From: Eledone cirrhosa
Taxonomy: Eukaryota
Direction: 5' to 3'
Assembly (NCBI GenBank): GCA_964016885.1
Contig: OZ024743.1
Coordinates: forward strand, 5,456,001-5,520,000
DNA length: 64,000 nucleotides
Made by a program: the position numbers and the translations under genes. Shown one piece after another: positions 26,700-41,689 of this stretch; within the stretch, counting starts at the first letter, position 1; every line of letters begins with the position of its first letter. The notes below the pieces were generated by a model. The model had not been told where the DNA came from. It saw only the letters and a program-made list of their open reading frames with translations, and searched no databases.

Positions 26700-26861
26700 A
26701 CGACCTTCCACGCAGTTTCTGTCTGCCCAATTCTACTCACACGGCATATATCTACCCGAGGCTATAGTAAATAACGCTTGCTCTAGATGCCATGTAGTGG
26801 GATCGAACCCGGGACCTAATGATTGCGAAGCGAACGTCTAAACCATTCAGTGATGCTGCCT
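26700..26861 (-). mobile_element. tRNA-derived SINE, family S3 (other pieces 56595-56722, 60750-60810, 49361-49410)
   Basis: B-box GGTTCGATCCC after TTCGCTTCGCAATCAT; shared body among copies. Confidence 0.7.
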
Positions 26862-26865
26862 CTAC

Positions 26866-27019
<154 letters not shown>

Positions 27020-27512
27020 CGTTGTTGGTATGGTCTGTATCTCTGTTGTGTTTTTATCCCGAATAACCTTAGAGACTAGTGATGCCGTAGGGATAGTAGT
27101 ACTGTATTTTAAAGCACCCAAAACTACAAAGTCATCTATTAAACAGCTGACCAGTAGAAATTCTCCATGTGTCCGTCTCTTGTTTTTTGTGACATTCGTA
27201 TAAATAATACGAAGCATTGAATTATATTGGAAAGCAGATACAACCAAGTACTTAAACAACTTAAGTGGAATAATTCCAGCTGGAAACCGCATGTGTGTCT
27301 CAAATGCTGGTCATCGGGGAATTTTCATTTACAATTGAAGTGTTTGTGTTTTTTCTTGAATTGGTATACAATAAAAATATAGGGCTCTAATAGAAGTCCA
27401 ATGAACCTTTTGGGGTGTTGGAACATTGCAAAAGACTTTGACTGTACGTAACGTTATAACCATAAATATTGAACTTAACAACAGCAAGCTAACGAAACAC
27501 GCATCAATTTTC

Positions 27513-27870
27513 TACAGGGTGCGGCACAAATACTATTACAAAATAAAATGCTTATAACTCCTTAAATATTTATTGTATCTAGCTACAATTGTGGTACAAT
27601 TGTAATTAATAAAAGTAATTAATAATAGGTTTATTAACACCATAAAATCTTATTCGATATGCTTTCCTTTTGCTCTCACAACACCTTGAAGTCTCTTAGG
27701 AAAAGACTGGATGGGGCATCCACGGTTTCAATTGGAATATTGTCCCATACTTTCACCAAGTTTGACTTCAGAGACTCAATACAGGGAGTGTGGAGTAGAG
27801 CAGGCTTCATTCTCAAGAATTGACCATATTTTGTAACAGTTTTTACGCTGCACCCTGAAGATTTGCTCAA
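27513..27870 (-). mobile_element. Tc1/mariner-superfamily remnant (transposase C-terminus + TIR)
   Basis: ESLKSNLVKVWDNIPIETVD...FKVL resembles the Tc1/maT C-terminal helix. TA|CAGGGTGCGGC terminus at 27513. A related TIR (TAGGGTGTCCCAAAAAATG) lies on - at 17765-17794. Confidence 0.55.
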
Positions 27871-28223
27871 GTTTACGGCATTACCCTGTTGTATCTACAA
27901 AAATACCTGAACTATTAAACTGATATATCTGTTAGTTTTCCAATACTATATATGTATTTGATCATTCGTATAGTTACTTCAAAGTGCACCATATATAATA
28001 CCTAAAAAGTCCCTTCCTCTTCCTTTACCAATTTCAGAAGCCTTGAAAAAGATCAGTGGGCACTGTTTTTCCTCCTCTCATTAAGCCACCAAATATTAAA
28101 GTAAAATTTGCGATTGATACACGAAAATCTAGGAAAAGAATATCTACTTTTTTAATGTTTACTTTTGTTTCATAGCCGGTACCAACACTACTTTGAAAAT
28201 GTGATAGACATGAAGTTAATAAC

Positions 28224-28290
<67 letters not shown>

Positions 28291-28300
28291 GCGTGCGTGC

Positions 28301-28345
<45 letters not shown>

Positions 28346-28643
28346 ATATTTTTCCTTTTAGCTTGGTTTAGTCAATAATGTTTGTCTGGTGAGGTTTTGG
28401 GAGTGTAATAGCTATTGTTATTAAATATGAGAAAGAACTATAGCTGAATACAAATGCGTTTAGAGATACACGGCCTACTATGCTGTTTACCACGGGTCAT
28501 ACTATGCAAGGACATTTTGTCAAGTTGCCAACTATCAGGTTTATTACTTAGGGAGATTAATAACAATTTTGTAGACATCACAGGCAAGAAATTGATTCGA
28601 AAATGTTAGCGTTTCATTCGGTCATTAACACTTACCGATATAA

Positions 28644-28702
<59 letters not shown>

Positions 28703-28741
28703 GATATTAATAAATGGAAACTATATTTATAAAACCATATT

Positions 28742-28806
28742 TATTTCATTATACATATTTCAGGGATACCACATTAAATTATGGTATGCCTTCATCAGAC
28801 AAAATA
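28742..28806 (-). ncRNA. Type I hammerhead ribozyme
   Basis: TATTTTGT-CTGATGA-AGGcATACCAT...GTGGTATCCCT-GAAA-TATGTATA-ATGAAATA. Confidence 0.75.
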
Positions 28807-30346
28807 CAATATATAACAGTTTTACAAATAGGTTTGACGTACCCTTTAAATACAGCCATTACTTTTGGAGGCTGTCTGGATAGTAATTTGTTCATATAAT
28901 AAGTCATAGTGTTAAGCACAATTAGAAAAAGACGGAGAGAAAAAAACGGAGAGAAAGAAAGAGAAAAGAACAAAGACAGAGAGAGAGAAAGAAAAGAGAA
29001 AGAAAACCTGGAGAAATATCGGAGAAAGAGAGAAAAGTATGGAGAAAAGAAAGAGATAGATAAAGATAGGAGGAAATAAAAAAGAAAGAAAAGGAAGGAA
29101 TAAGAAAAACAAAGGAATAAGAAAAACAAAGGAAAGCAACAGAGAGATATCAAGTCATCATACAGAAAGAGAAACTCAAGAGAGAGAAATACTATATAGA
29201 GAGAGGGGGATAGTGACAACTTTACGTCATGTCATTAAGTTAAGTTAACAATTTATATGAAATGAATAATAAAAATATAAATATAAGTATCAATATTCAT
29301 GAATGGGACATAGATATATAATATGAGAAATTATACATTGTTCAAAAACTTGAGATCAATATACCAAAAACTGAGTTCAAAATGTACCCTTGGTATAGAG
29401 ATTAGTATTTTATGCAAAGACATACAAATACATATGTGTATATACATACATATAGATACGCACGTCCTGAAAATAGAAATTATGTTTACTCAAGCCAACA
29501 ATATAGCCATACAAAACGTAATTGATTTCTCTTAATCACTGCTATACACTCATTGTGTTATAACAATTTCACAGTATTTATATACAAATATATACGATTA
29601 ACAATCATGTCCTCATATATACGATTACCATTCATGTGTTTAATATTATGCACATCTGCAACATACCTCTCAACCACATAGATATATACACACACATATA
29701 TACACATACATATGTATAATAAATATCTGCGTGCGTTCTCATGCATCACTCATGTATATATACAGACACATATACAAACACAAAAAAATCTATAACACTT
29801 TCTATGCATGTTAATACACACATATGCATTTGTATAGAGATAATCCAATATCAATAAATTACCAAAGGGTTATAATTTGTAAATATAACCATAACAATAC
29901 AAATTCAAAATGCAACTATATAGTCAAAAGAAATCTATAAATATCAAAGCATTAAATATCATTAAAACACTATAGAGTATCTTAAGTTAAAATAATATGT
30001 TTTATATATTTAGTATAGAAATTTATCCTACGTATATCTCAATCAAGATATTGAGAGGGTAGACTTGTGAAAGTTATGAGAAGCTATCATAATCAAAACA
30101 AATAAAAATAATTTAAAGGATTTAAAAAATTTAAAAACCCAATGATTCTACAGATAACCTTATATTTAGTATAGAAATTTACCTTACGTATATTTTATTT
30201 AATACATTGGAAGTATAGACATTTTAGAGTAGTTTATTATATCCATGTTTATATTTAGGAAGAAAGTTTAAAAAGAAAAAGGTGAAGGAATCTAATGGAT
30301 TATCGACAGGTTCTATATATTAACTAAAATTACTTAATTAATTATA

Positions 30347-32190
30347 CTACATTTTAAATTTATATTTATATTTAAACGTTGAGTTCAATCTATGTCTGCA
30401 GCAACTGAATAAATTGTTCCTTAGATTAAGGGAATTTTTGGACTTTAATATAAAGAATATTTCTTCAATACAAAGATCACAATTTTCTGAAGAGGAATTA
30501 AAAGGAGTACCCTATGAGATAATATTCCAATTCATCGAATATTTAATATTATCTCGTTTTAAGTCCCATAGTAGGCTAGATAGCGAAGTTGAAGATTTTT
30601 TGTTTGGATCTGTGAAAGAATTCTTATGATTATTGAAGCGAAATTTAAATTCTGTAGAGGTGGAACCAACATAGTTAAATGAATTTAAATTAGTTTTAAC
30701 ATTACAATTGTACACTACATTTTTAGCTAAGCAGTTGTTACTTAACGGATAGTTAGATTTATTTCTACAGTTACAGTTATTTAATTGAATATTGTTTGGG
30801 TTATTATTGGTATTTTGGTTAGGTTTTAAATTCCTATTATTAATTCTATTAATATTTTGTGCTAAGTTTTTGGTGGACGAGTAAGTTAATTTTATAGTGT
30901 GTCTATTAAAAATTGAGTGATATTTATGTGTTCTAGGGAAGCGTGTGTCAAGAGCTTTAAAGAATAGTTTAGCAATAGGGGTTTTAATATTTAGTGAGAA
31001 AGGGGGAGCAAACCATAATATATTTCTAGTTCTATTTCTTTTTCGGCTTTTGGAATTATTGTAATGATTTCTATTATAGTTGTTAAAGTTGTTACCGTAA
31101 TTGAAATTGTTATTATTTTGGTTAGTTTGCTTATTATTATTATTATCGATGTATTTAATTTTATTTCTATATCCAGCTCTAGCTAATGCTTCGTTGTAAT
31201 ACTGCGCTTTTTCATCAAATATATTTTTATTAGATGAAATTCTTGAAATTCGTTCTTGAACAGAGTTCACTATAGTATTTTTAACAGATCTGGAGTGATT
31301 AGAGTTAAAATTGACATAATTCAAGTTCTCATTTAGTTTGTGAAATGGATAATGATGACATGTGTTGAGGTTTAGTGTTACATCAAGAAAATTGACTATT
31401 CTATGATTATTCTCTATTTCTATTTTAAGATTAAGGTAATTAAAAAATTGTATAATTTGTTTTCTTTTTCTATTTAGTTCACAGCTATTATCTTCTATAA
31501 GTAAAAGCATGTCATCACGATATAAACCTCCGGTTACACCTGGTATTTTTCTATGTAGCGAATTAATTATAAATAGGCCCACAAGGTCCGTTACCTAAGC
31601 TGAGTCTGATGATCCCATAGTTATGTCAAAATTATTATTTCTATCTGCCCTAGTCCAGAGTTGGTTATTAAATTCTATCAATGTTTTCCTTGCCGATAAT
31701 ATAATGTGCATTTCATTGCTAGTTAGGTCAGTATGTTTAAATGCGTAATTTAGTGCCTTATTCAGTAGATTAGGAGTGATAGATGAATAGTGGTTAGCAA
31801 TATCCAGCTGAATAAACTTATTATTAGAGTTACATTTAATTTCTTTAAACCAATCAATAACCTCACTAGTCCCTTTCAATAAATTTAAGTAAGATAAATT
31901 AGGTAAGTTTATAATTTGTTGTATTACCCTGTCTAGAATATTTTTGCTAAGTTTTCCCAGGTCAGATTTGGATGGTGCAATTAATCTGACTGGTAAATCA
32001 TTTTCAAAGTTTCTTTTGTGATCCTTCATATTGATCTTGGGTTTTCTAGGCATGAAGGGTTGTGTTTTATTCTCAATGTCTAATTCATGCATTATACAAG
32101 ATGCATCAGTATTAAGTTTTTCCAGTTCATCCTTACTTGTTACCTTGTACTTTTTCCTTAGTTCTTTCAATATAAGGTCGTTATACATGT
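30347..32190 (-). pseudogene. PLE RT-GIY-YIG ORF, single frame with two in-frame TAG stops (31595, 30512), N-terminus missing
   Basis: KDHKRNF...RLIAPSKSDLGK, QLDIANHYSSI, FDITMGSSDSA, GLYRDD, NFLDVTLNL, CNCRNK, NVVY...YVGST...FKFRFNNHK, then CDLCIEE...CCRH after the second stop. Confidence 0.9.
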
Positions 32191-32234
32191 CCTTTATATA
32201 TCTATATATACATGTCCTATATCTATATATATAT

Positions 32235-32365
32235 ATAGGAACGAGTAGGACCTCGACGGCTGAGCTCAAGCCGTTTCGACGGCTAATTCTGGACTAAATG
32301 ATTTAGTCCAGAATTAGCCGTCGAAACGGCTTGAGCTCAGCCGTCGGGGTCCTACTCGTTCCTAT
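32235..32365. repeat. Near-perfect 131-bp palindrome, axis at 32300
   Basis: ATAGGAACGAGTAGGACC...GGACTAAAT g ATTTAGTCC...GGTCCTACTCGTTCCTAT. Confidence 0.95.
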
Positions 32366-32441
32366 TACCCACTCTACTACCCTAAGTATTGAGTACTTTG
32401 GTGCGTTATGGTCCACCTGGTTCCTTACCACATTTCCTTCG

Positions 32442-32498
<57 letters not shown>

Positions 32499-32728
32499 CC
32501 TGATCACCTTGACCGACCAGTCTGTCGAGTGCCAATCGGCGCCGCTGGTCACAGCACGTCGTGCTGTTTTAGCCATAAGATAACGCCATCCCACTGGCTG
32601 GGCGGGCAGGCCGGTACTCATTTCTACAGCTGAGTAAACTGGAGCAACGTGAAATAAAGTGTCTTGCTCAAGGAAACAACACATCACCCGGTCCGAGAAT
32701 TGAACTCACAACCAATATATCTATCTAT

Positions 32729-32797
<69 letters not shown>

Positions 32798-32799
32798 TT

Positions 32800-32836
<37 letters not shown>

Positions 32837-34215
32837 ATATATGTATATATATATATATATATATTAAATATCTATTCAAACAATGACTCTTACCAAACTA
32901 GTCTTGTATATCGATAGATTGATAGATCGCACAGTGGTAAAATAATCAGAATCTAATTTTGAACTTTTTAAACACTACATAGAGAGAGCTAACGAATCTG
33001 CAAGCAAATACATTTCTACAGTACATATAATCACAATTCATGTAATATATGTAATATATGTAATATATGTAATATATGTATATTCAAAAGAAACAAATCA
33101 ATAGAAATCAATCAAAGAAAAAGAAAGTAGCATTGCAAAAGAGTTGTGCCTCGGTCGCGCCCCACGGACAAAATGGTTAAGGCATTTCCACAGACAATGG
33201 CCACCGGCATAGGCTGCAACAGAGGCTCCACCTCAGAGAGCTCCTTCCTCAGATGTGCTGATGTCATTCCGATTTTACGGAGGCGGTCAAACTTTTGCAC
33301 AGGATTACGCACAAGTGACATCGACCAAAATTTTAAATATAGATATAGCAATAGTACATGGGAACATAGAAAGTACAGTATAACTACTAATGGACTTATG
33401 CTCTTTAACCACGGTGAAGTTAATGTGTCTGGAGGGAATCACGCCAAATAAATACCTGATAATTAAGCCAATTTAATCTTTGATCTATAACCATTTGTAA
33501 CACCCAATTATCTTTGTATATGTCCGTTGTTTGATGATTTTGCACATTACCAAGCAAGGGAATGCGATGTTCTGAGCGTTATATCTTCCATTTATTATGT
33601 TTTACCGGATTTTCTCAACTACTATTTATAGTGATCGGCTGTTATTAATCATTTTCTGCGTATAGGACGCTCACATTTTCAAAATCCAAATGTTCCCAGC
33701 GCGCCATAAATCACAATAAGTTTGTTTAAATTGTAATTAAAAGCTATATAGTATTCTAAAGAGACGGAAAAAAGAGTAAGGTAGCCCTTAGCGAAGTAGT
33801 TGAAGCGTTCGCACGGTATTCGATAGATACGGGGTTCAATTTCTCGTTGGTACTTCTGTTCACTTCATTTCCATTAAGGGCATTTTACAGAACTATCATT
33901 TATATTGATAGACCGTTATTACGATCATTTTCTGTGTTTAGGACGCTGAGATTTTCAAATTTCATATATATATAATCGGTAGAATCTAGAACTTATCTAA
34001 CTCATGCGTATGTGGAAGGGGGTGCAGGGTCGAGCCGCTGAAGAAATTGTAATAAGTGCTTACTTAACTTACGATAAACAACTATTTAGACCACGTCAAC
34101 ACAACGCATAACAATTGCTCTCACATTTTAAATATACTCAAAGACCGATTGGCAATTGCCACTTGAGTGTCCATACACACACGTATATATGTGTGTGTGT
34201 GTTATGTGTGTGTGA

Positions 34216-34877
<662 letters not shown>

Positions 34878-35447
34878 TAATAAAATAATGAATAAACAAA
34901 GAAACAGTTCCTTATATTAAAAAAATTCATCATTTTACGATCGTTTCTAGGATATATATGTGTTAGAGTTGGTATGCATATTCTATAGATCTATGTACAA
35001 TATTTATACAAACCATCAGAGGGAATATACATACCTACACATATATATGCTGTCTTCAGAAATACTGATATTTGTTTATTGAAAAAAACAAAGATTCAAT
35101 ACAATAAGTCTGTTTGGGAACAGGTTTTGAATTGACCAATAGAGAGATAGTGAGGGTCAGGATAGTAATATAGTAGTAGAAGAACCTTAAATTATGGGTA
35201 GAGGAAGGTAGATTTCAGTTTTGGATGGAAAAGAATATTATGAATGAAGGATTATTTTAGGGAAGAAATAGGTCTTATGCTGACCTCAGAAATAATTTTA
35301 TTTGTTCATTGAATAAAACCAACAAAGATCTAATATATTCTGTCTGTTTGGTAAGAGGTTTAGAATTAACCAATAGAAAGTTAATAATTGGCCAAATGGT
35401 AAAATAGTAGTAATTGAAGCTTGTTTTAGGGGTGAAAATAGTAGTAA

Positions 35448-36111
35448 TTGAAGCTTATTTTACAAATTAAGGATAATATACCTAAAAAATTCTTTAATAT
35501 CCTAGAGAAAAACTTCCCGCCAAACCACAAATACCATCAAATCTTAAATAGATCAACGGTTAAATTCTCCTACTCAACAACCAAAAACATAAAACAAAAT
35601 ATAAGTGCCTATAATGCATATAAATGTAAAAAAAACCATGAGTATACCACCAGTACATCAAACTAACCATAATATCTCCTCAGATACAGGATTCACGAAA
35701 AGTTGTAACTGTAGAAACAAGGCAAACTGTCCATTAAAAGGAAATTGCCTTGTTAATAACATAGTATATAAATGTAAAGTTAACACTAAGGACTCAATTT
35801 ATTCATATATAGGAGCTACCTCTAACAAATTTAAGGTAAGATTTAATACCCACAAACATAGTTTTAAAAATGCCGCACTAGCTAATACAACATCTCTAGC
35901 TGAAATAATAAATAGTTATAGAAAGAGGAATATAGAATATGACCTGACCTGGAGTGTGCTCAAAAGGGCCACCCCTTATCAAAATAGTAGAAATGAATGT
36001 AGATTATGTTCCCAAGAACTTTTTGAAATAATGAAATCTAAGGATATCCTATTAAATAAGCGACAGGAATTAATAATATCGTGTAATCATAAACTGAGAA
36101 AAACCTTTTAA
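35448..36111 (+). pseudogene. PLE linker + GIY-YIG endonuclease remnant (one frameshift)
   Basis: Homologous to the C-terminal half of 30347-31582. Confidence 0.9.
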
Positions 36112-36295
36112 TATTATAAACCTAATTAATATACACTTTAGAAATTAATTTATAAATTATTTTTAATTTAGTTAACCTATAATTAATATTCTACCACTGA
36201 TGAACTGCATAATTCTGCTTTAAAAATTATAAACCTAATTAATATACACTTTAGAAATTAATATAATACTATTTTTAATTTAGTTAACCAATAAT

Positions 36296-36713
36296 TAATA
36301 TTCTACTACTGATGAACTACATAATTTTGCTTTCCTTCTTAAAAATATCATTTCCTAAAACTGATACCATTAAGTAAACATATATAATTGTTTCTACTTT
36401 TAGGCACAAGGCCAGCAATTACCCAGTGCATTACTGGTACTTTATTTTATCGACCCCGTAAGGATGAAAGGCAAAGTCAACCTCGGCGGGATTTGAACTC
36501 AGATCGTAAAGTTCAAATCCCGCCGAGGTTGACTTTGCCTTTCATCCTTACGGGGTCGATAAAATAAAGTACCAGTAATGCACTGGGTAATTGCTGGCCT
36601 TGTGCCTAAAAGTAGAAACAATTATATATGTTTACTTAATGGTATCAGTTTTAGGAAATGATATTTGTAAGAAGGAAAGCAAAATTATGTAGTTCATCAG
36701 TAGTAGAATATTA
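36296..36713. repeat. Fold-back inverted duplication (~204-bp arms, 10-nt loop) of half a SINE S1 plus its flank
   Basis: Arms differ by about 1 base; turn at GAACT cagatcgtaa AGTTC. Confidence 0.95.
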
Positions 36714-36732
36714 TACACACACACACACACCT

Positions 36733-36842
<110 letters not shown>

Positions 36843-37036
36843 TAACTTCAGGTTATGACTCTATGTTCTTTGAAAACTATATATATTTACTATTTCTCAC
36901 TAATAAATTTAATCCCCCCCCCCCAATAATTATATGTATATATAAGTGTATGTGTGTGTGTATATATATGTGTATGTATATATGTATGTATATATCTATG
37001 TATATATATATATATGTATATATGCATGTATATATC

Positions 37037-37132
<96 letters not shown>

Positions 37133-37223
37133 GAGTTTATGTTGGTTGTATACCAACACCTCAGTATGCAGGCTGGAGCACTCGACGAAGTGCGCAGGTT
37201 GGTTTGGTTACTCCGGAGTAGTG

Positions 37224-37658
37224 TAAAATAAAGTTAAATAAAAGTCAAATGATTAAAATTTAGCTTCGTTTATTACTGCTATATATATTTCAGTGACAGC
37301 CATCTTTGGCTGTGACCTCTTCAGGCAGTTTGAATTAGTATGGTATAGACAAGTACATATGTTGTTTAGGTGTATGATATTGTCAATACTCTGATATGCC
37401 CAGTTCCTTGTTGGGTTGTTAATTCACTGGGGAACTGGAGTCATATGACTCCAGTTCCCCAGTGAATTAACAACCCAACAAGGAACTGGGCATATCAGAG
37501 TATTGACAATATCATACACCTAAACAACATATGTACTTGTCTATACCATACTAATTCAAACTGCCTGAAGAGGTCACAGCCAAAGATGGCTGTCACTGAA
37601 ATATATATAGCAGTAATAAACGAAGCTAAATTTTAATCATTTGACTTTTATTTAACTT

Positions 37659-37665
<7 letters not shown>
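37224..37665. repeat. Perfect-looking 442-bp spacerless palindrome of a PLE pseudo-LTR; HHR on each strand (37275-37329 -, 37560-37614 +)
   Basis: Axis GGAGTCAT|ATGACTCC at 37444/37445; right arm matches 13823-14040. Confidence 0.95.
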
Positions 37666-37728
<63 letters not shown>

Positions 37729-37731
37729 ATA

Positions 37732-37763
<32 letters not shown>

Positions 37764-37829
37764 AGTGTGTGTAGGTGTGTGTGTGTGTGTATATGTATAT
37801 GTGTGTATATATATGTATATATATAAGTG

Positions 37830-37861
<32 letters not shown>

Positions 37862-38566
37862 TATGTGTGTGTATGTGTATATATGTGTATATATGTGTAT
37901 GTATAACTATATATATATATATATATTATTTTTATATTCTTTTAATTTCCCCTCATCTTTAACAGCACTCTTCAACTACATCTAACTCTTATTTATCATA
38001 TCTATATGTATTAGTATAATTTTATCAATATAAATATACCCATCAATTAAATTAATTTATATTCTTTTCATAGATGTATTTTTTTCACTAACATTCTTAT
38101 CTTAAAACTTTAGTCACCTTAGATATTTGTACTGGCATTACTATTTTATAACAGCAACTGCTTGTATACCTTTTATTGACCACCTGACCTATTTTCACCC
38201 CTAAAATAAGCTTCAATTACTACTATTTTACCATTTGGCCAATTATTAACTTTCTATTGGTTAATTCTAAACCTCTTACCAAACAGACAGAATATATTAG
38301 ATCTTTGTTGGTTTTATTCAATGAACAAATAAAATTATTTCTGAGGTCAGCATAAGACCTATTTCTTCCCTAAAATAATCCTTCATTCATAATATTCTTT
38401 TCCATCCAAAACTGAAATCTACCTTCCTCTACCCATAATTTAAGGTTCTTCTACTACTATATTACTATCCTGACCCTCACTATCTCTCTATTGGTCAATT
38501 CAAAACCTGTTCCCAAACAGACTTATTGTATTGAATCTTTGTTTTTTTCAATAAACAAATATCAGT

Positions 38567-38698
38567 ATTTCTGAAGACAGCATATATATGTGTAGGTATG
38601 TATATTCCCTCTGATGGTTTGTATAAATATTGTACATAGATCTATAGAATATGCATACCAACTCTAACACATATATATCCTAGAAACGATCGTAAAAT
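38567..38698 (+). ncRNA. Type I hammerhead ribozyme with ~105-nt stem II domain (inverted copy 34932-35063 on -)
   Basis: ATTT-CTGAAGA-[AG.ATATATATGTG..GTATGTATATTC...GAATATGCATAC..CACATATATAT.CT]-GAAA-CGATCG-TA-AAAT. Confidence 0.65.
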
Positions 38699-38889
38699 GA
38701 TGAATTTTTTTAATATAAGGAACTGTTTCTTTGTTTATTCATTATTTTATTAATTTATCTTGACTCTGTTTTCCGTTTATTTTTCACCGAAAGTAGTTTT
38801 TGAATGCATCTTCTCTTTTCATGATATCCGGATTACATTGAGTTCTTCATACGGATTGGACACTACCGTAAACTTTTGGTAGATTTATC

Positions 38890-38968
<79 letters not shown>

Positions 38969-38982
38969 TTATATATATATAT

Positions 38983-39440
38983 TGTTATACTTGGGGAGGG
39001 TCATATTGTTGTGATAATATTGCCAGAATTAATAACAGAACACACTCACTGTTTGGTTGGTTTTCGCTTCTGTATCTTTTATATCAGTTAATTTATTCGG
39101 TCCTCAATGTTTACCATTGACTGACCAACGATCAAAAATACAGATATAATATAGATATAAACACATATATATAGTCTAACAAAGTTCTTTCGTTGCACAT
39201 CTGCAACATTGTCAGTGGTGCTATTTATGTTTCCTCCTGTTGTATTGTATCTCTACGCCATCTTTATTTAATCTGTTTATTTATTTATTTATTTTTGTCT
39301 TCTTCTCTGCGCATGCGTTTGCGTGTGTGTATAGTGTTTGATGTGTGTTCGCGTTTGGGTGACTGTGTTTTGGTTATTGTATTCTATCTTAGTTTACTAG
39401 TGTGTGTTTATATGTGTTTGTTGTTATTGTGCTTGTGTAT

Positions 39441-39479
<39 letters not shown>

Positions 39480-40768
39480 TAGTTCTCTTAGGTCAGTATT
39501 GTTTGTTTGGCTGTTGTTATTCCATTCATTTTTTCTGTTTAGCCTTGGCCTTCTAAGTTCTATTTCACTGGCCTCTCTGATTTGCCTATCTGCTGGGTCA
39601 CTTCTATGTTTAGATATTATTTTAATTTCTATGTTGTCTATGTTACCGTCTATGTTACCGTCTGGCGTGTTCGTATAGTACTGAACTGTTTTTTTGTCCT
39701 TTTAGTTCCCCCCAGTGTTGGTCTAACCTTTCAGCTATGCTACGAGCTGTCTCGCCTATGTATGTTGTTGTCATGTTCCTGCAAGTACCCTCTGTACATC
39801 TTATGCTATAGACTACGTTTCTAGTTTTACAGTTTATCTGGGGGTTTACTTTACATATAATACATTTCCTATTAGTACAGTGGGTTTTCTTAAAAGGGTA
39901 TGTTTTGCTGATCAGGGATTTTATGGTGGTTCCTGGCTTTTCTACCACCATAATCTTTAAGTGAGTCTTTCTCAGGGCCTTTCTACACTGGTTAGCTAAT
40001 TTCCCTCCAGGGGTAGCGTCCACGAACATCACACTCTGGTATCTCTGGTTGTCGTACCATGAGGTGGCTTTCCCTATCTTATGTTTAGTCCTATCTAAAC
40101 TATTCCATGATTTGCTCCTGTATAACGGGCAAATTCCTTTCATGTCCAGTTCTATGAGGGTCTTATACTTCTCCGTGGCTCCTTCGTATACTCTGATTCT
40201 GTCTCTTTGGTTGTAGCCAGAGAACTGCATGCGGTTGATGAAGTGTTGGATGTGTCTTTCCATTTCTGTTGGGTCGCACATGCGGGACACGTTCTTCATC
40301 ACACGTACCAAGTCTGCGATCAGAATATTAAACTTAGCACTACTGGACATTGCTGAGTTTTTTTAGTATCAGGTATTTTATTTGAGGGCCATGGGTTTAG
40401 CGTAGTGTGAGTGAAGAATTTGGGCTCTCTTGTCTATAGTGTTAATCCAGAGTTCCGTGTCTAATACAGGTAGTCTATTGTTAGGGTGTTTGGAAGGGTA
40501 GTCGATAGTTACAGTTATACTCTGGTGTATGGAATTTGCTATCTGCTGGATGCTTTCCATTGTGCTACATTCTAAATCATACTTGTTAGTACTCTCTTGT
40601 GGGGATGTCCTTATTACTATATTAATGTCGTCTACGTAACGAGAGTACATGATGAGGTCTATGGAGCTCTCATCAAGGAGATCTTTGAGTCTCCTTTCCC
40701 ACCATACCATAAAAAGGTTGGCTACGTCACCAGCTATGCTGACGCCAATGGCTGCTCCCTAATTTTGG

Positions 40769-40770
<2 letters not shown>
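38983..40770 (-). mobile_element. 5'-truncated PLE of a second lineage (RT C-half + Zn linker + GIY-YIG), in (TA)n
   Basis: GAAIGV, YSRYVDD, LPVLDTELW, FVDATPGG, CTNRKCIIC, NVVY...YIGETARSIAERLDQH; frameshifts. Confidence 0.9.
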
Positions 40771-40857
<87 letters not shown>

Positions 40858-40858
40858 T

Positions 40859-41004
<146 letters not shown>

Positions 41005-41065
41005 TAAATGGAAAAAATGAAATTTCATTTCTCACTCTTAGTACGGCTGATACTTAAATATAAGT

Positions 41066-41689
<624 letters not shown>

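Larger units (their letters stand above)
28703..32195 (-). mobile_element. 5'-truncated Penelope-like element: RT + GIY-YIG, ~1.6-kb 3'UTR, terminal HHR
   Basis: See ORF 30347-32190; HHR 28742-28806; (TA)n at both ends. Confidence 0.9.

Noticed and set aside
30512-31597. In-frame TAG stops in the PLE ORF (and Tx1 53690, 54826) as possible UAG->UIG editing or readthrough
   Set aside because: Each is explained by a single substitution, most simply CAG->TAG. The copies are also truncated or frameshifted, and no in-frame TGA/SECIS pattern was seen.
36110-36330. Two CTGATGAA motifs in a ~112-bp tandem duplication as hammerheads
   Set aside because: No properly placed GAAA or stem III/I closure.
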